A DNA stretch of 64,000 nucleotides, taken from the NCBI RefSeq assembly GCF_056712565.1, contig NZ_CM160072.1; one strand, written 5' to 3'. Position numbers and translations under genes: made by a program. Below are positions 17,042 through 28,112 of the stretch, one piece after another (the first letter of the stretch is position 1; each line of letters opens with the position of its first letter). Under the pieces are notes generated by a model. That model searched no databases. It was not told where the DNA came from and saw only the letters and a list, made by a program, of their open reading frames with translations.

Positions 17042-18467
17042 TAATGCCGATCAGTTAAGGATCAGTTGACCGATCCAGTGGCTGTGTAAGAATCCGGAAA
17101 CGCTCACTTGTTTCCGGATTTTTTTATGCACATTGGACAGGCTCTTGATCTGGTATCCCGTTACGATTCTCTGCGTAACCCACTGACTTCTCTGGGGGAT
17201 TACCTCGACCCCGAACTCATCTCTCGTTGCCTTGCCGAATCAGGTACTGTAACGCTACGCAAGCGCCGTCTTCCCCTCGAAATGATGGTCTGGTGTATTG
17301 TTGGCATGGCGCTTGAGCGTAAAGAACCTCTTCACCAGATTGTGAATCGCCTGGACATCATGCTGCCGGGCAATCGCCCCTTCGTTGCCCCCAGTGCCGT
17401 TATTCAGGCCCGCCAGCGCCTGGGAAGTGAGGCTGTCCGCCGCGTGTTCACGAAAACAGCGCAGCTCTGGCATAACGCCACGCCGCATCCGCACTGGTGC
17501 GGCCTGACCCTGCTGGCCATCGATGGTGTGTTCTGGCGCACACCGGATACACCAGAGAACGATGCAGCCTTCCCCCGCCAGACACATGCCGGGAACCCGG
17601 CGCTCTACCCGCAGGTCAAAATGGTCTGCCAGATGGAACTGACCAGCCATCTGCTGACGGCTGCAGCCTTCGGCACGATGAAGAACAGCGAAAATGAGCT
17701 TGCTGAGCAACTTATAGAACAAACCGGCGATAACACTCTGACGTTAATGGATAAAGGTTATTACTCACTGGGACTGTTAAATGCCTGGAGCCTGGCGGGA
17801 GAACACCGCCACTGGATGATACCTCTCAGAAAGGGAGCGCAATATGAAGAGATCAGAAAACTGGGTAAAGGCGATCATCTGGTGAAGCTGAAAACCAGCC
17901 CGCAGGCACGAAAAAAGTGGCCGGGACTGGGAAATGAAGTGACTGCCCGCCTGCTGACCGTGACGCGCAAAGGAAAAGTCTGCCATCTGCTGACGTCGAT
18001 GACGGACGCCATGCGCTTCCCCGGAGGAGAAATGGGGGATCTGTACAGTCATCGCTGGGAAATCGAACTGGGATACAGGGAGATAAAACAGACGATGCAA
18101 CGGAGCAGGCTGACGCTGAGAAGTAAAAAGCCGGAGCTTGTGGAGCAAGAGCTGTGGGGTGTCTTACTGGCTTATAATCTGGTGAGATATCAGATGATTA
18201 AAATGGCGGAACATCTGAAAGGTTACTGGCCGAATCAACTGAGTTTCTCAGAATCATGCGGAATGGTGATGAGAATGCTGATAACATTGCAGGGCGCTTC
18301 ACCGGGACGTATACCGGAGCTGATGCGCGATCTTGCAAGTATGGGACAACTTGTGAAATTACCGACAAGAAGGGAAAGGGCCTTCCCGAGAGTGGTAAAG
18401 GAGAGGCCCTGGAAATACCCCACAGCCCCGAAAAAGAGCCAGTCAGTTGCTTAACTGACTGGCATTA
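17042..18467 (+). mobile_element. IS4 insertion sequence (1426 bp) with 18-bp imperfect terminal inverted repeats and a 13-bp target-site duplication
   Basis: Left end taatgccgatcagttaag, right end (reverse complement) taatgccagtcagttaag; direct repeat acccacgccgggg at 17029-17041 and 18468-18480; encodes the IS4 transposase. Confidence 0.92.
17126..18454 (+). CDS. insG: IS4 transposase InsG (442 aa)
   Basis: [33 protein letters not shown]... recognised as IS4 transposase; ORF track starts 6 codons upstream. Confidence 0.92.
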   Translation: MHIGQALDLVSRYDSLRNPLTSLGDYLDPELISRCLAESGTVTLRKRRLPLEMMVWCIVGMALERKEPLHQIVNRLDIMLPGNRPFVAPSAVIQARQRLGSEAVRRVFTKTAQLWHNATPHPHWCGLTLLAIDGVFWRTPDTPENDAAFPRQTHAGNPALYPQVKMVCQMELTSHLLTAAAFGTMKNSENELAEQLIEQTGDNTLTLMDKGYYSLGLLNAWSLAGEHRHWMIPLRKGAQYEEIRKLGKGDHLVKLKTSPQARKKWPGLGNEVTARLLTVTRKGKVCHLLTSMTDAMRFPGGEMGDLYSHRWEIELGYREIKQTMQRSRLTLRSKKPELVEQELWGVLLAYNLVRYQMIKMAEHLKGYWPNQLSFSESCGMVMRMLITLQGASPGRIPELMRDLASMGQLVKLPTRRERAFPRVVKERPWKYPTAPKKSQSVA

Positions 18468-18877
18468 ACCCACGCCGGGGACGTTTTTGAGCGCGTCGGT
18501 AAGGTTGGTTGCACCCTGATCTTTAATCACTTGTTCAGAAATCACCGTCATCGTGCGGGTAGTATCCGCTACCGGACGCGAGAATTTCGGATCGGCAGAT
18601 TGTTGTGGCGCATAAAGCGAAGGCGTTGATGCTTCGACAACCAGCGTGTCATCCGCGTTAGCTTGCCCTTCGGCAGCGAGTGCCTGCGCCACAGGCGTAA
18701 TACCAATACAAAGACCGGCAAAGAACGTGAGCGAATGAAATTGTCTGGCAGGGAAATTGCGATTGTTTTCCATTTTGCAGGTGACTTTTTCTTATATGGT
18801 GAAATTTTCACTGTCACGAGAAAGCATCTCTGCGGATGCGATGCCACTGTTAATCCCGTGATAGCGTCCGTGCAAGT

Positions 18878-18902
18878 GATAATAATTTTGATAAGTATTA
18901 TC
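18878..18902. promoter_or_regulatory. Putative Fur box upstream of fiu
   Basis: gataataattttgataagtattatc resembles the Fur consensus gataatgataatcattatc; about 105 bp upstream of the fiu start codon. Confidence 0.45.
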
Positions 18903-19037
18903 ACTTGGCGCGATTTTCTATCACCCATTGCGCGAAAAAGAAATACATTTATTTACATTGCGTTCATATTTGATGTTTTTTGCTTACAAATCGGACGAAA
19001 ACTGCATCCAGAGGCGAATGCAGTTACGTTGGTGGGG

Positions 19038-19298
19038 TTATTTGTAGATGATTGCAGTACCGAACATCTGGTCATTTCCGCCTGCGGAATTAATGACATA
19101 ACCTTTCGCGCCTTGTTCGCGCGCTTTTTCTGCCAGTTTATCCTCCAGATCGCTTAGGTTTGATGCGCCAGTTGCCGAAACGGTACCGGCGGGCCGTAGT
19201 TGACCACTGTCCAGGTTACTCATCGGTTGCGCGGCATAAGCCGTGAGAGAGATTCCGCTCAGGACGGTGGCAATCAGTAGTGTGAGGCACTTTTTCAT
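19038..19298 (-). CDS. mcbA: McbA/YbiM, small periplasmic DUF1471 protein (86 aa)
   Basis: Start trimmed to MKKCLTLLIATVLSGISLTAYA (signal peptide); C-terminal GAKGYVINSAGG...GTAIIYK. Confidence 0.88.
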   Translation of the reverse strand: MKKCLTLLIATVLSGISLTAYAAQPMSNLDSGQLRPAGTVSATGASNLSDLEDKLAEKAREQGAKGYVINSAGGNDQMFGTAIIYK

Positions 19299-19573
19299 AA
19301 TGACATCCTCATAAATACAACGGGTAGTGCCAGATAAGTGTAGGTCGCCTGCGCGATGAAAATGACGCAAAAAATTGACAGAGATGTGCTTATTTTTTGA
19401 ACGATATGTTTTTACAAAATAAGACAAATCAATGACATGCATGATGATGATTTTTATGGTGAATTGCCATAAACCATAGCCATGTGAAGGTTTTTAGAAA
19501 TGATAAACGCAGCCAGATATTTACCCTGTCGCGTTATGCGGGTATCTTACGCCGCTGCTTAAAGGAGAATGCT

Positions 19574-20500
19574 ATGTCCGCCCAGAAACCGGGGTTGCAT
19601 CCGCGCAACCGTCATCACAGCCGCTACGATCTCGCCACGCTTTGTCAGGTCAATCCTGAACTCAGGCAATTCCTCACGCTTACACCCGCCGGGGAGCAAA
19701 GCGTAGACTTTGCCAATCCGCTGGCGGTGAAGGCGCTCAATAAGGCGTTGCTGGCCCATTTTTACGCCGTAGCGAACTGGGATATCCCGGACGGTTTTCT
19801 CTGCCCACCAGTACCGGGTCGGGCGGATTATATTCATCACCTTGCCGATTTACTGGCAGAAGCAAGCGGAACAATTCCAGCTAATGCCAGCATTCTGGAT
19901 ATCGGCGTTGGTGCGAACTGTATTTATCCGCTGATTGGCGTACATGAATATGGCTGGCGTTTTACTGGTAGTGAAACCAGCAGCCAGGCGTTAAGCAGTG
20001 CGCAGGCGATCATCAGTGCTAATCCGGGGCTTAACCGCGCCATTCGTCTGCGTCGGCAAAAAGAGAGTGGGGCGATTTTTAACGGCATCATCCATAAAAA
20101 CGAGCAATACGATGCGACCTTGTGTAACCCGCCATTCCACGATTCCGCCGCTGCGGCACGGGCAGGTAGTGAACGTAAACGCCGTAACCTGGGGCTGAAC
20201 AAAGACGATGCACTGAACTTTGGTGGTCAGCAACAGGAGTTGTGGTGTGAAGGCGGTGAGGTCGCTTTTATCAAAAAGATGATTGAAGAGAGCAAAGGCT
20301 TCGCGAAGCAGGTGATGTGGTTTACCTCGCTGGTATCTCGTGGTGAAAACTTACCGCCGTTGTATCGTGCTCTGACGGACGTAGGTGCGGTGAAGGTGGT
20401 AAAAAAAGAGATGGCCCAGGGGCAAAAGCAGAGCCGCTTTATAGCCTGGACCTTTATGAACGACGAGCAGCGCCGCCGTTTTGTCAATCGCCAGCGTTAA
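19574..20500 (+). CDS. rlmF: 23S rRNA m6A1618 methyltransferase RlmF (308 aa)
   Basis: Start trimmed to [23 protein letters not shown]-binding motif [16 protein letters not shown] and NPPF catalytic motif. Confidence 0.92.
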
Positions 20501-22722
20501 AGCGTTGGTTCCCCCGGCGGCAACGGTTCAGCCGGGGTCGCGCCCGGAGCAGGCAGCACCTGATAAGTCTGCACTGGCGCGCGAACGCCCGCCAGGTCGA
20601 AATGTTTTTTCACCTGGCTGTCGAGGGCAAAGCGTACCGTCCACTGTTTGAGTGGCAGCGTGGTGAACGAAACACGCAGTGTAAACGCGGTATTGCTTAA
20701 GCCGACAATCCCGGCAAAATTCGGTTCACCAATAATCAGCCCGCGAATTTCTTCGTTTTCCATTAATTCCGCTACCGCATCTTTCAGTGCCTGATTGGCT
20801 TTATCAGCATCTTCATGGCGATCAACATCGTAGTTTGCCACTACCGAACCAATACCGCGGACGAAGTTAGCAAAGGTGGTTATCGAAGACCACGGAATGA
20901 TGTGATACGCCCCGGTATCCTGGCGCACGCCCACGGAGCGAATCGACATCCGTTCCACAGTGCCGGTCAACGGCCCGATAGTCACCAAATCTCCAGTGTT
21001 CATGCCGTTTTCAAACTGAATAAATACTCCGGTAATAATATCTTTCACCAGCGTTTGCGAACCAAACGAGATAGCCAGACCTAATGCCCCGGCACCTGCC
21101 AGCAATGGCGCGATATTGACGCCGATTTCCGACAACACAATCATGATGGTGATGGTACTGATAATCACCGCCAGCGCGTTACGGAACAGCGTCAGCAGGG
21201 TTCGCGTACGGGCGCTGGGTAGCGGGCGGCCATGAATATCCGAAGCCAGCCGGTTTTCTATCAAACTGGCGAGCACCGTCCAGCCAACCGCCGAGAAGAA
21301 AAGAATGAGTGCGATACGGATCAGGATATCTACGGTTTTCTGCCCCGCGCCGTTTTGCAGCCAGTTCCAGAAATCGAACAATCCCCATGCGCTCAACAGC
21401 AGCATTACCGCCACGCAGACTGTCAGAATACGCGCTGTTTTCAGTGCCGCCGAAAGCCAGCCATTCAGCCGTTTTTGCAGCTCCGGATAATTTCGCTGAG
21501 TATGTGGCGAGAGGGTGATGGTTTTCGCCAACCAGCGGGAAAACATACCGGAAACAAATGCTGCGATACCAATAATCGCCAGGCTGCGCACCGTTGCACC
21601 CATCATAAATTTCAGGCTGTTGCCCGGATCGAACAACGAAAAGAAAAACAGCACGATAAAATAGGCGCTTGCCAGCCAGTGCCACACCAGCGCAAAGGCG
21701 CGGATAAACAGGCTGAAAAAGGCCAGCGAATGCTCCGCAAAATTGAGCAAATGCTGGGTGATCTCTTTTTTATTACGAAAAATCAGGTACAACGCCCAGA
21801 CGGTCATGCACAGCATAATGATGACGTTCGCCAGCGCACCTATCTGTACATTCACCTGATTAGAGATAATCGGCACAGCCACAATCAGACCATAGCCAAT
21901 CAGGCTGCTTAACCAGCTCAGGCGACGACTCCAGTAACGGGCGGTCTCGTCATGAATCGTGAACGGGCGCAGTTCAGCCACGTTTGGGCAAAAAATCAGG
22001 CGTAGTACGGCTTTGAAAAATTCAATCAGGGCAAAGGCGTTGAGAAACAAACTTTGTTGGAAAGCGATGGTGCGACTGCCCGCATTCAGGTTGTCGCTTA
22101 ATACCTGGCCGACAAATAATGTCAGTGCCAGTAACAGCAGGTCGATAATAAACGCCCCGATGATCATCGCCGGAAGCTGCAACCAGTTACTGCGCTCACG
22201 ATTTTTTTGCCGCGCCCACTGGCCCATTTTGCGATACAGCGGCAGTGCGCACAGACGAATCAGCCAGTAAAAACCAAACACTAATACCGCTAACATTGAA
22301 AAGTGGGTCAGCGCATTGCTGAAGGTTTGTGGATTAAACGGCTTATGCGGGGAGCCGGTGATATTGCGATAAAGTTGCCCGAAGCGGGCGGAAAGGGCTT
22401 CACCATAATGGCGGCTGACTTCGGTGACTTTTTGCAGCACGGTTTGCTCTTCAACCAACGTCGGCGGCACGATCTTCGGTACGGGTTCCGCAGGAGGCGT
22501 AGCGGCGACGGTGCGCAACTGGTCGATCAACTCTTTACGCGAGGTGTCATTATCCAGCACATCCGCCAGTGCGCCATAGGCCGCTTTTTTTTGTTCGATA
22601 TCCGGTTCCGGGGCCGGTTCAGTCGTTGAGTCCGTTGTCGTTGTGGTTGTAACGCCGGGTATGGATACCGCGTGGGCAGGTGCGCCCAACAGGCAGAAGA
22701 GGATGAACAGGATCCACCGCAT
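20497..22722 (-). CDS. ybiO: Mechanosensitive channel YbiO (MscS family, 741 aa)
   Basis: Start trimmed to [18 protein letters not shown]; multiple TM segments and MscS-like C-terminal domain; Thr-rich low-complexity stretch after the signal peptide. Confidence 0.9.
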
Positions 22723-22838
22723 GACTCCTCCAGTGAGAAAATAGAGCAAAAAGATAAGTATAGATGCTGGAGGCTGGGCGATTTTAAATGAGAGGAATCT
22801 GGTGTGCCTCCCTTTCGGGGGAAAGGGAGGCTGAGAAG

Positions 22839-23561
22839 TTAAGAGACGTGCTGCAAAAATTCCTGCAAGCGCTGGCTCGGTGGGTTCTTGATCAACACCT
22901 GCGGATCGCCATCTTCCGCAATCCGGCCTTTGTCGATAAAGATCAGGCGCGAAGCTACTTTCTCGGCAAAACCGATTTCGTGTGTCACGATCACCATCGT
23001 CATCCCTTCTTCAGCCAGATCCTGCATAACCTTCAGCACTTCATGGCGCAGTTCCGGGTCAAGAGCGGAAGTCGGTTCATCAAACAGCATCATTTTCGGC
23101 TTCACCGCCAGCGCGCGGGCAATCGCCACACGCTGCTGTTGACCACCAGAAAGTTCGGAAGGGTAGTGATGTGCACGTTCTGCCAGACCGACTTTCGCCA
23201 GGAGCTCACGCGCCAGTTTTTCCGCCTCTTCTTTATTCGCGCCACGCACGCGTAGCGGGCCAAACATGACGTTTTCCAGCGCCGTCAGATGCGGGAAGAG
23301 GTAAAACTGCTGGAACACCATACCCGCTTCCTGGCGAATCAGGCGCTCATCAACTTTCGGATCGTTAACCTTCAGGCCATCGACAATCAGATCGCCGGAG
23401 GTGATTTCTTCCAGTTTGTTGATGCAGCGCAGCAGGGTCGATTTACCGGAACCGGACGGCCCGATAATCACCACGACTTCGCCCTGAGCAATGTTCAAAT
23501 CGATATTGTGCAGCACCTGGGTTGGACCAAAATGCTTGGAGACGTTTTTAAATTCAATCAC
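22839..23561 (-). CDS. glnQ: Glutamine ABC transporter ATP-binding protein GlnQ (240 aa)
   Basis: Walker [10 protein letters not shown], signature LSGGQQQRV, Walker [11 protein letters not shown]. Confidence 0.95.
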
Positions 23562-24217
23562 AGGATTTTCATCCTTCTTTCCAGACGACGCAGAATAAAG
23601 CTCAGCACCAGGGTAATAATCAGATAGAACACCGCCACGGCGCTCCAGATCTCAAGGGCGCGGAAGTTACCGGCAATAATTTCTTGCCCCTGACGGGTCA
23701 GTTCCGCCACGCCGATAACAATAAACAGCGAAGTGTCTTTAATGCTGATGATCCACTGGTTACCCAGCGGCGGCAGCATACGACGCAGTGCCAGCGGTAA
23801 AATGACGTAGCGAATGGTTTCCCAACGTGAAAGACCGAGCGCCAGTCCTGCTTCACGAAAACCTTTGTGAATAGATAGCACCGCACCACGCGTGATTTCC
23901 GCAATGTACGCGCCGGAGTTGATCATGATGGTGACCACCGCCGCAGTAAACGGGTCGATGCGTAAATCGTTAAACGCCATCGGCAGGGCGAAATAGATAA
24001 ACATCACCTGGACGACGATAGGTGTGCCGCGGATCACTTCAATAAAGACCAGCGCGACGTGGTTGGCTATCCAACCACCGAAGGTGCGTGCAAAACCTGC
24101 CAACAATCCGATCACCAGACCGCCAGCCAGACCGAGGACCGAAATCCACAGGGTCATTTTGGCACCTTCAATCAGAAGCGGAATGGCAGGCCAGATGGCA
24201 CTCCAGTCAAACTGCAT
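23558..24217 (-). CDS. glnP: Glutamine ABC transporter permease GlnP (219 aa)
   Basis: 219-aa polytopic ORF; 4-nt overlap with glnQ. Confidence 0.95.
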
Positions 24218-24301
24218 ATGTTGTTCCTGTTACCGTGGTGTAAATAATCAAATTCAGGGTAATTAATGGCCCCGGAGCGGGTTTGCGCCCTTCACCCTAA
24301 T

Positions 24302-24322
24302 CCTCTCCCCGGCGGGGAGAGG
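24302..24322. other. Intercistronic stem-loop between glnH and glnP
   Basis: Inverted repeat cctctcccc-ggc-ggggagagg; typical of the stabilising hairpin downstream of the periplasmic binding protein gene in ABC operons. Confidence 0.35.
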
Positions 24323-24355
24323 GAACTGCCAGTGCGCTTTACAGGCGCCGCGTTA

Positions 24356-25117
<762 letters not shown>

Positions 25118-25150
25118 CTATCCACGGGACGATCCCCTGCGTGACATTCA

Positions 25151-25175
25151 CATATATGAAAAAATCGTGCCAGTT
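25151..25175 (-). promoter_or_regulatory. Putative sigma-54 promoter glnHp2
   Basis: Minus-strand reading aactggcacgattttttcatatatg contains TGGCAC-N5-TTTCA, close to the -24/-12 consensus TGGCAC-N5-TTGCA. Confidence 0.45.
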
Positions 25176-25245
25176 TTGCAACTCATTGATTTTTCGAGAT
25201 GCGGCAAGAACGTGATGCACGATTTATAGGGCAATATCCTGAAGA

Positions 25246-25277
25246 TGCACCATTCTGGGGCACCAAACTGGTGCGCT
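25246..25277. promoter_or_regulatory. Putative NtrC binding sites upstream of glnHp2
   Basis: tgcaccattctggggcaccaaactggtgcgc contains overlapping TGCACCA / TGGTGC half-sites. Confidence 0.4.
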
Positions 25278-25436
25278 AAAATTGTGCACTCAACACAGTG
25301 ATTATTTAGCGTAAAACCTGATGAAAAAACAATCTTTATGTAACGATTGTGTGATGATGTGGATACAAAAAATTTACTTAACCAGCTGGGGATAGCAGAT
25401 GGATGCACTAAATAAGTGCGTTGAGGCGGGCTACAA

Positions 25437-25475
25437 AACAAAACGGCCTCCTGTCAGGAAGCCGCTTTTATCGTG
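25437..25475 (-). terminator. Putative rho-independent terminator downstream of dps
   Basis: Imperfect hairpin ggcctcctg/caggaagcc flanked by A-run and T-run. Confidence 0.35.
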
Positions 25476-25505
25476 TACTAAAGTTCTGCACCATCAGCGA
25501 TGGAT

Positions 25506-26153
<648 letters not shown>

Positions 26154-26271
26154 TTAGATATATTGATAAGAACAATTCTTATTTATTTGCTCGCTAGGAA
26201 TTTTCGGAATAAATATGCTTTTGCATAATTCGATATATAAAGACGGTGTAGAGGAAAAGTAGCGAGAAAAT

Positions 26272-26297
26272 CTGCATGGTTATGCATAACCATGCAG
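26272..26297. terminator. 26-bp perfect palindrome immediately downstream of rhtA (probable rhtA terminator, within the dps upstream region)
   Basis: ctgcatggttatgcataaccatgcag; followed on the minus strand by a T-rich run. Confidence 0.4.
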
Positions 26298-26307
26298 AAA
26301 TGTAAAT

Positions 26308-27195
26308 TTAATTTATGTCTAATTCTTTTATTTTGCTCTCTTTGCGTACTGTCAGCGTAGAACCCATTGAAGCGGCGATGATAGCGCCGAGCGCCAGCAG
26401 CTGTATGGGTGTCAGTGTTTCTCCGAGGAAAATCATCCCGGAAACGGCAGCCAGCGCCGGTTCCATGCTCATTAGCGTACCAAATGTGCGTGTTGGCAAA
26501 CGGGTGAGGGCAATCATTTCCAGCGAATAAGGCAGAGCGGTCGAGAGAATAGCGACAGCCAGACCCAATGGAATAACCGACCAGTGCCAGAGTGCTTCAC
26601 CAGCCTGAAGCGCTCCAATTGGCACGAAAATTAACGCTGCAATCAACGAACCAATTGCCACCGTCGCAGGACCATGTTCCGCTCCAGCGCGTTGCCCACT
26701 TAAAATGTAAATAGCCCAACAAGCCCCGGCCCCCAGTGCCAGTGCACAGCCGGTTAAATCGACATGGGAAACGTCTTGCCCCAGCGGTAGCAGGAACCAT
26801 AGACCAAGAACCGCCAGCACAACCCAGACGAAATCTACCGGGCGACGAGAAGAGAACAGTGCCACCGCCAGTGGTCCGGTGAACTCCAGCGCCACCGCTA
26901 TACCCAGCGGTACCGTCTGAATAGAAAGATAAAAAAGATAATTCATTCCACCCAGCGAAACGCCGTAAAACAACAGCGGTAATCGTTGCTCTTTGGCAAA
27001 GCGCAGTCGCCATGGCTTAAAGAACGCGATGAGGATCAGCGTGCCTAATGCCAGACGCAGCGCAGTGACCCCCGGTGCGCCCACCAGAGGAAAAAGTGAC
27101 TTAGCTAACGAGGCTCCACCCTGAATAGACGCCATGGCAACGAGCAATATGACTATTGGTAACCAGACCGGCATTTTACGTAATGAACCAGGCAT
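26308..27195 (-). CDS. rhtA: Threonine/homoserine exporter RhtA (DMT family, 295 aa)
   Basis: Start trimmed to MPGSLRKMPVWLPIVILLVA; polytopic membrane protein. Confidence 0.92.
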   Translation of the reverse strand: MPGSLRKMPVWLPIVILLVAMASIQGGASLAKSLFPLVGAPGVTALRLALGTLILIAFFKPWRLRFAKEQRLPLLFYGVSLGGMNYLFYLSIQTVPLGIAVALEFTGPLAVALFSSRRPVDFVWVVLAVLGLWFLLPLGQDVSHVDLTGCALALGAGACWAIYILSGQRAGAEHGPATVAIGSLIAALIFVPIGALQAGEALWHWSVIPLGLAVAILSTALPYSLEMIALTRLPTRTFGTLMSMEPALAAVSGMIFLGETLTPIQLLALGAIIAASMGSTLTVRKESKIKELDIN

Positions 27196-27547
27196 CCTTT
27201 CTCCCACAAATATCTAAACCTAAGTAAAGCGTGGAGTGTACTGGATATACCCAATGCTGGTTGAGCATTTGTTGAAAAAATTTTCCCCCGTTTTGACTAA
27301 AATGCGCCAGGATTGATGGAATCATTAGTCTGGTGATTAGGAATAATCTGGATGAATGACAGGGAAAACATGCGTAATACTTACGCAGTTCTCTGAAAAA
27401 GTGATTTAAATTTAGATGGATAGCGGTGTATGGAAACGTTCTGTTACATGAAATGGTCCGTTAGACATCATAAATCGCGAAGAGTTTCCCATTAATTTTT
27501 GATATATTTAAAACTTAGGACTTATTTGAATCACATTTGAGGTGGTT

Positions 27548-28063
27548 ATGAAAAAAATTGCATGTCTTTCAGCACTGGCCGCAGTTCTGGCTTTCACCGC
27601 AGGTACTTCCGTAGCTGCGACTTCTACTGTAACTGGCGGTTACGCACAGAGCGACGCTCAGGGCCAAATGAACAAAATGGGCGGTTTCAACCTGAAATAC
27701 CGCTATGAAGAAGACAACAGCCCGCTGGGTGTGATCGGTTCTTTCACTTACACCGAGAAAAGCCGTACTGCAAGCTCTGGTGACTACAACAAAAACCAGT
27801 ACTACGGCATCACTGCTGGTCCGGCTTACCGCATTAACGACTGGGCAAGCATCTACGGTGTAGTGGGTGTGGGTTATGGTAAATTCCAGACCACTGAATA
27901 CCCGACCTACAAACACGACACCAGCGACTACGGTTTCTCCTACGGTGCTGGTCTGCAGTTCAACCCGATGGAAAACGTTGCTCTGGACTTCTCTTACGAG
28001 CAGAGCCGTATTCGTAGCGTTGACGTAGGCACCTGGATTGCCGGTGTTGGTTACCGCTTCTAA
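27548..28063 (+). CDS. ompX: Outer membrane protein X (171 aa)
   Basis: Signal peptide MKKIACLSALAAVLAFTAGTSVA and beta-barrel ending in aromatic residue (GVGYRF). Confidence 0.95.
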   Translation: MKKIACLSALAAVLAFTAGTSVAATSTVTGGYAQSDAQGQMNKMGGFNLKYRYEEDNSPLGVIGSFTYTEKSRTASSGDYNKNQYYGITAGPAYRINDWASIYGVVGVGYGKFQTTEYPTYKHDTSDYGFSYGAGLQFNPMENVALDFSYEQSRIRSVDVGTWIAGVGYRF

Positions 28064-28083
28064 TCACTTCGGTGATATAAAAA

Positions 28084-28109
28084 ATCCGCCTCTCGGGGCG
28101 GATTTTTTT
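28084..28109. terminator. Bidirectional rho-independent terminator between convergent ompX and opgE
   Basis: Stem atccgcc/ggcggat with loop tctcgg, A-run upstream and T-run downstream. Confidence 0.6.
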
Positions 28110-28112
28110 GTT

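Larger units (their letters stand above)
15052..18773 (-). pseudogene. fiu: fiu (TonB-dependent catecholate siderophore receptor) interrupted by IS4; fragments 15052-17041 and 18468-18773
   Basis: N-terminal 102-aa fragment (signal peptide, TonB-box region, ...NVPGVG) and C-terminal 660-aa fragment (...AFFAGENGNST... ending in a terminal F) are in frame once the 1426-bp IS and one copy of the 13-bp duplication are removed; the joined length is 2283 bp, i.e. 760 aa. Confidence 0.9.

Noticed and set aside
18663-19157. 164-aa ORF across the fiu-mcbA intergenic region
   Set aside because: Overlaps the fiu N-terminus and runs antisense through mcbA and the Fur-box region; not supported.
21232-21912. 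226-aa plus-strand ORF and 168-aa minus-strand ORF inside ybiO
   Set aside because: Alternative frames of the ybiO coding region; no start context or domain signature.
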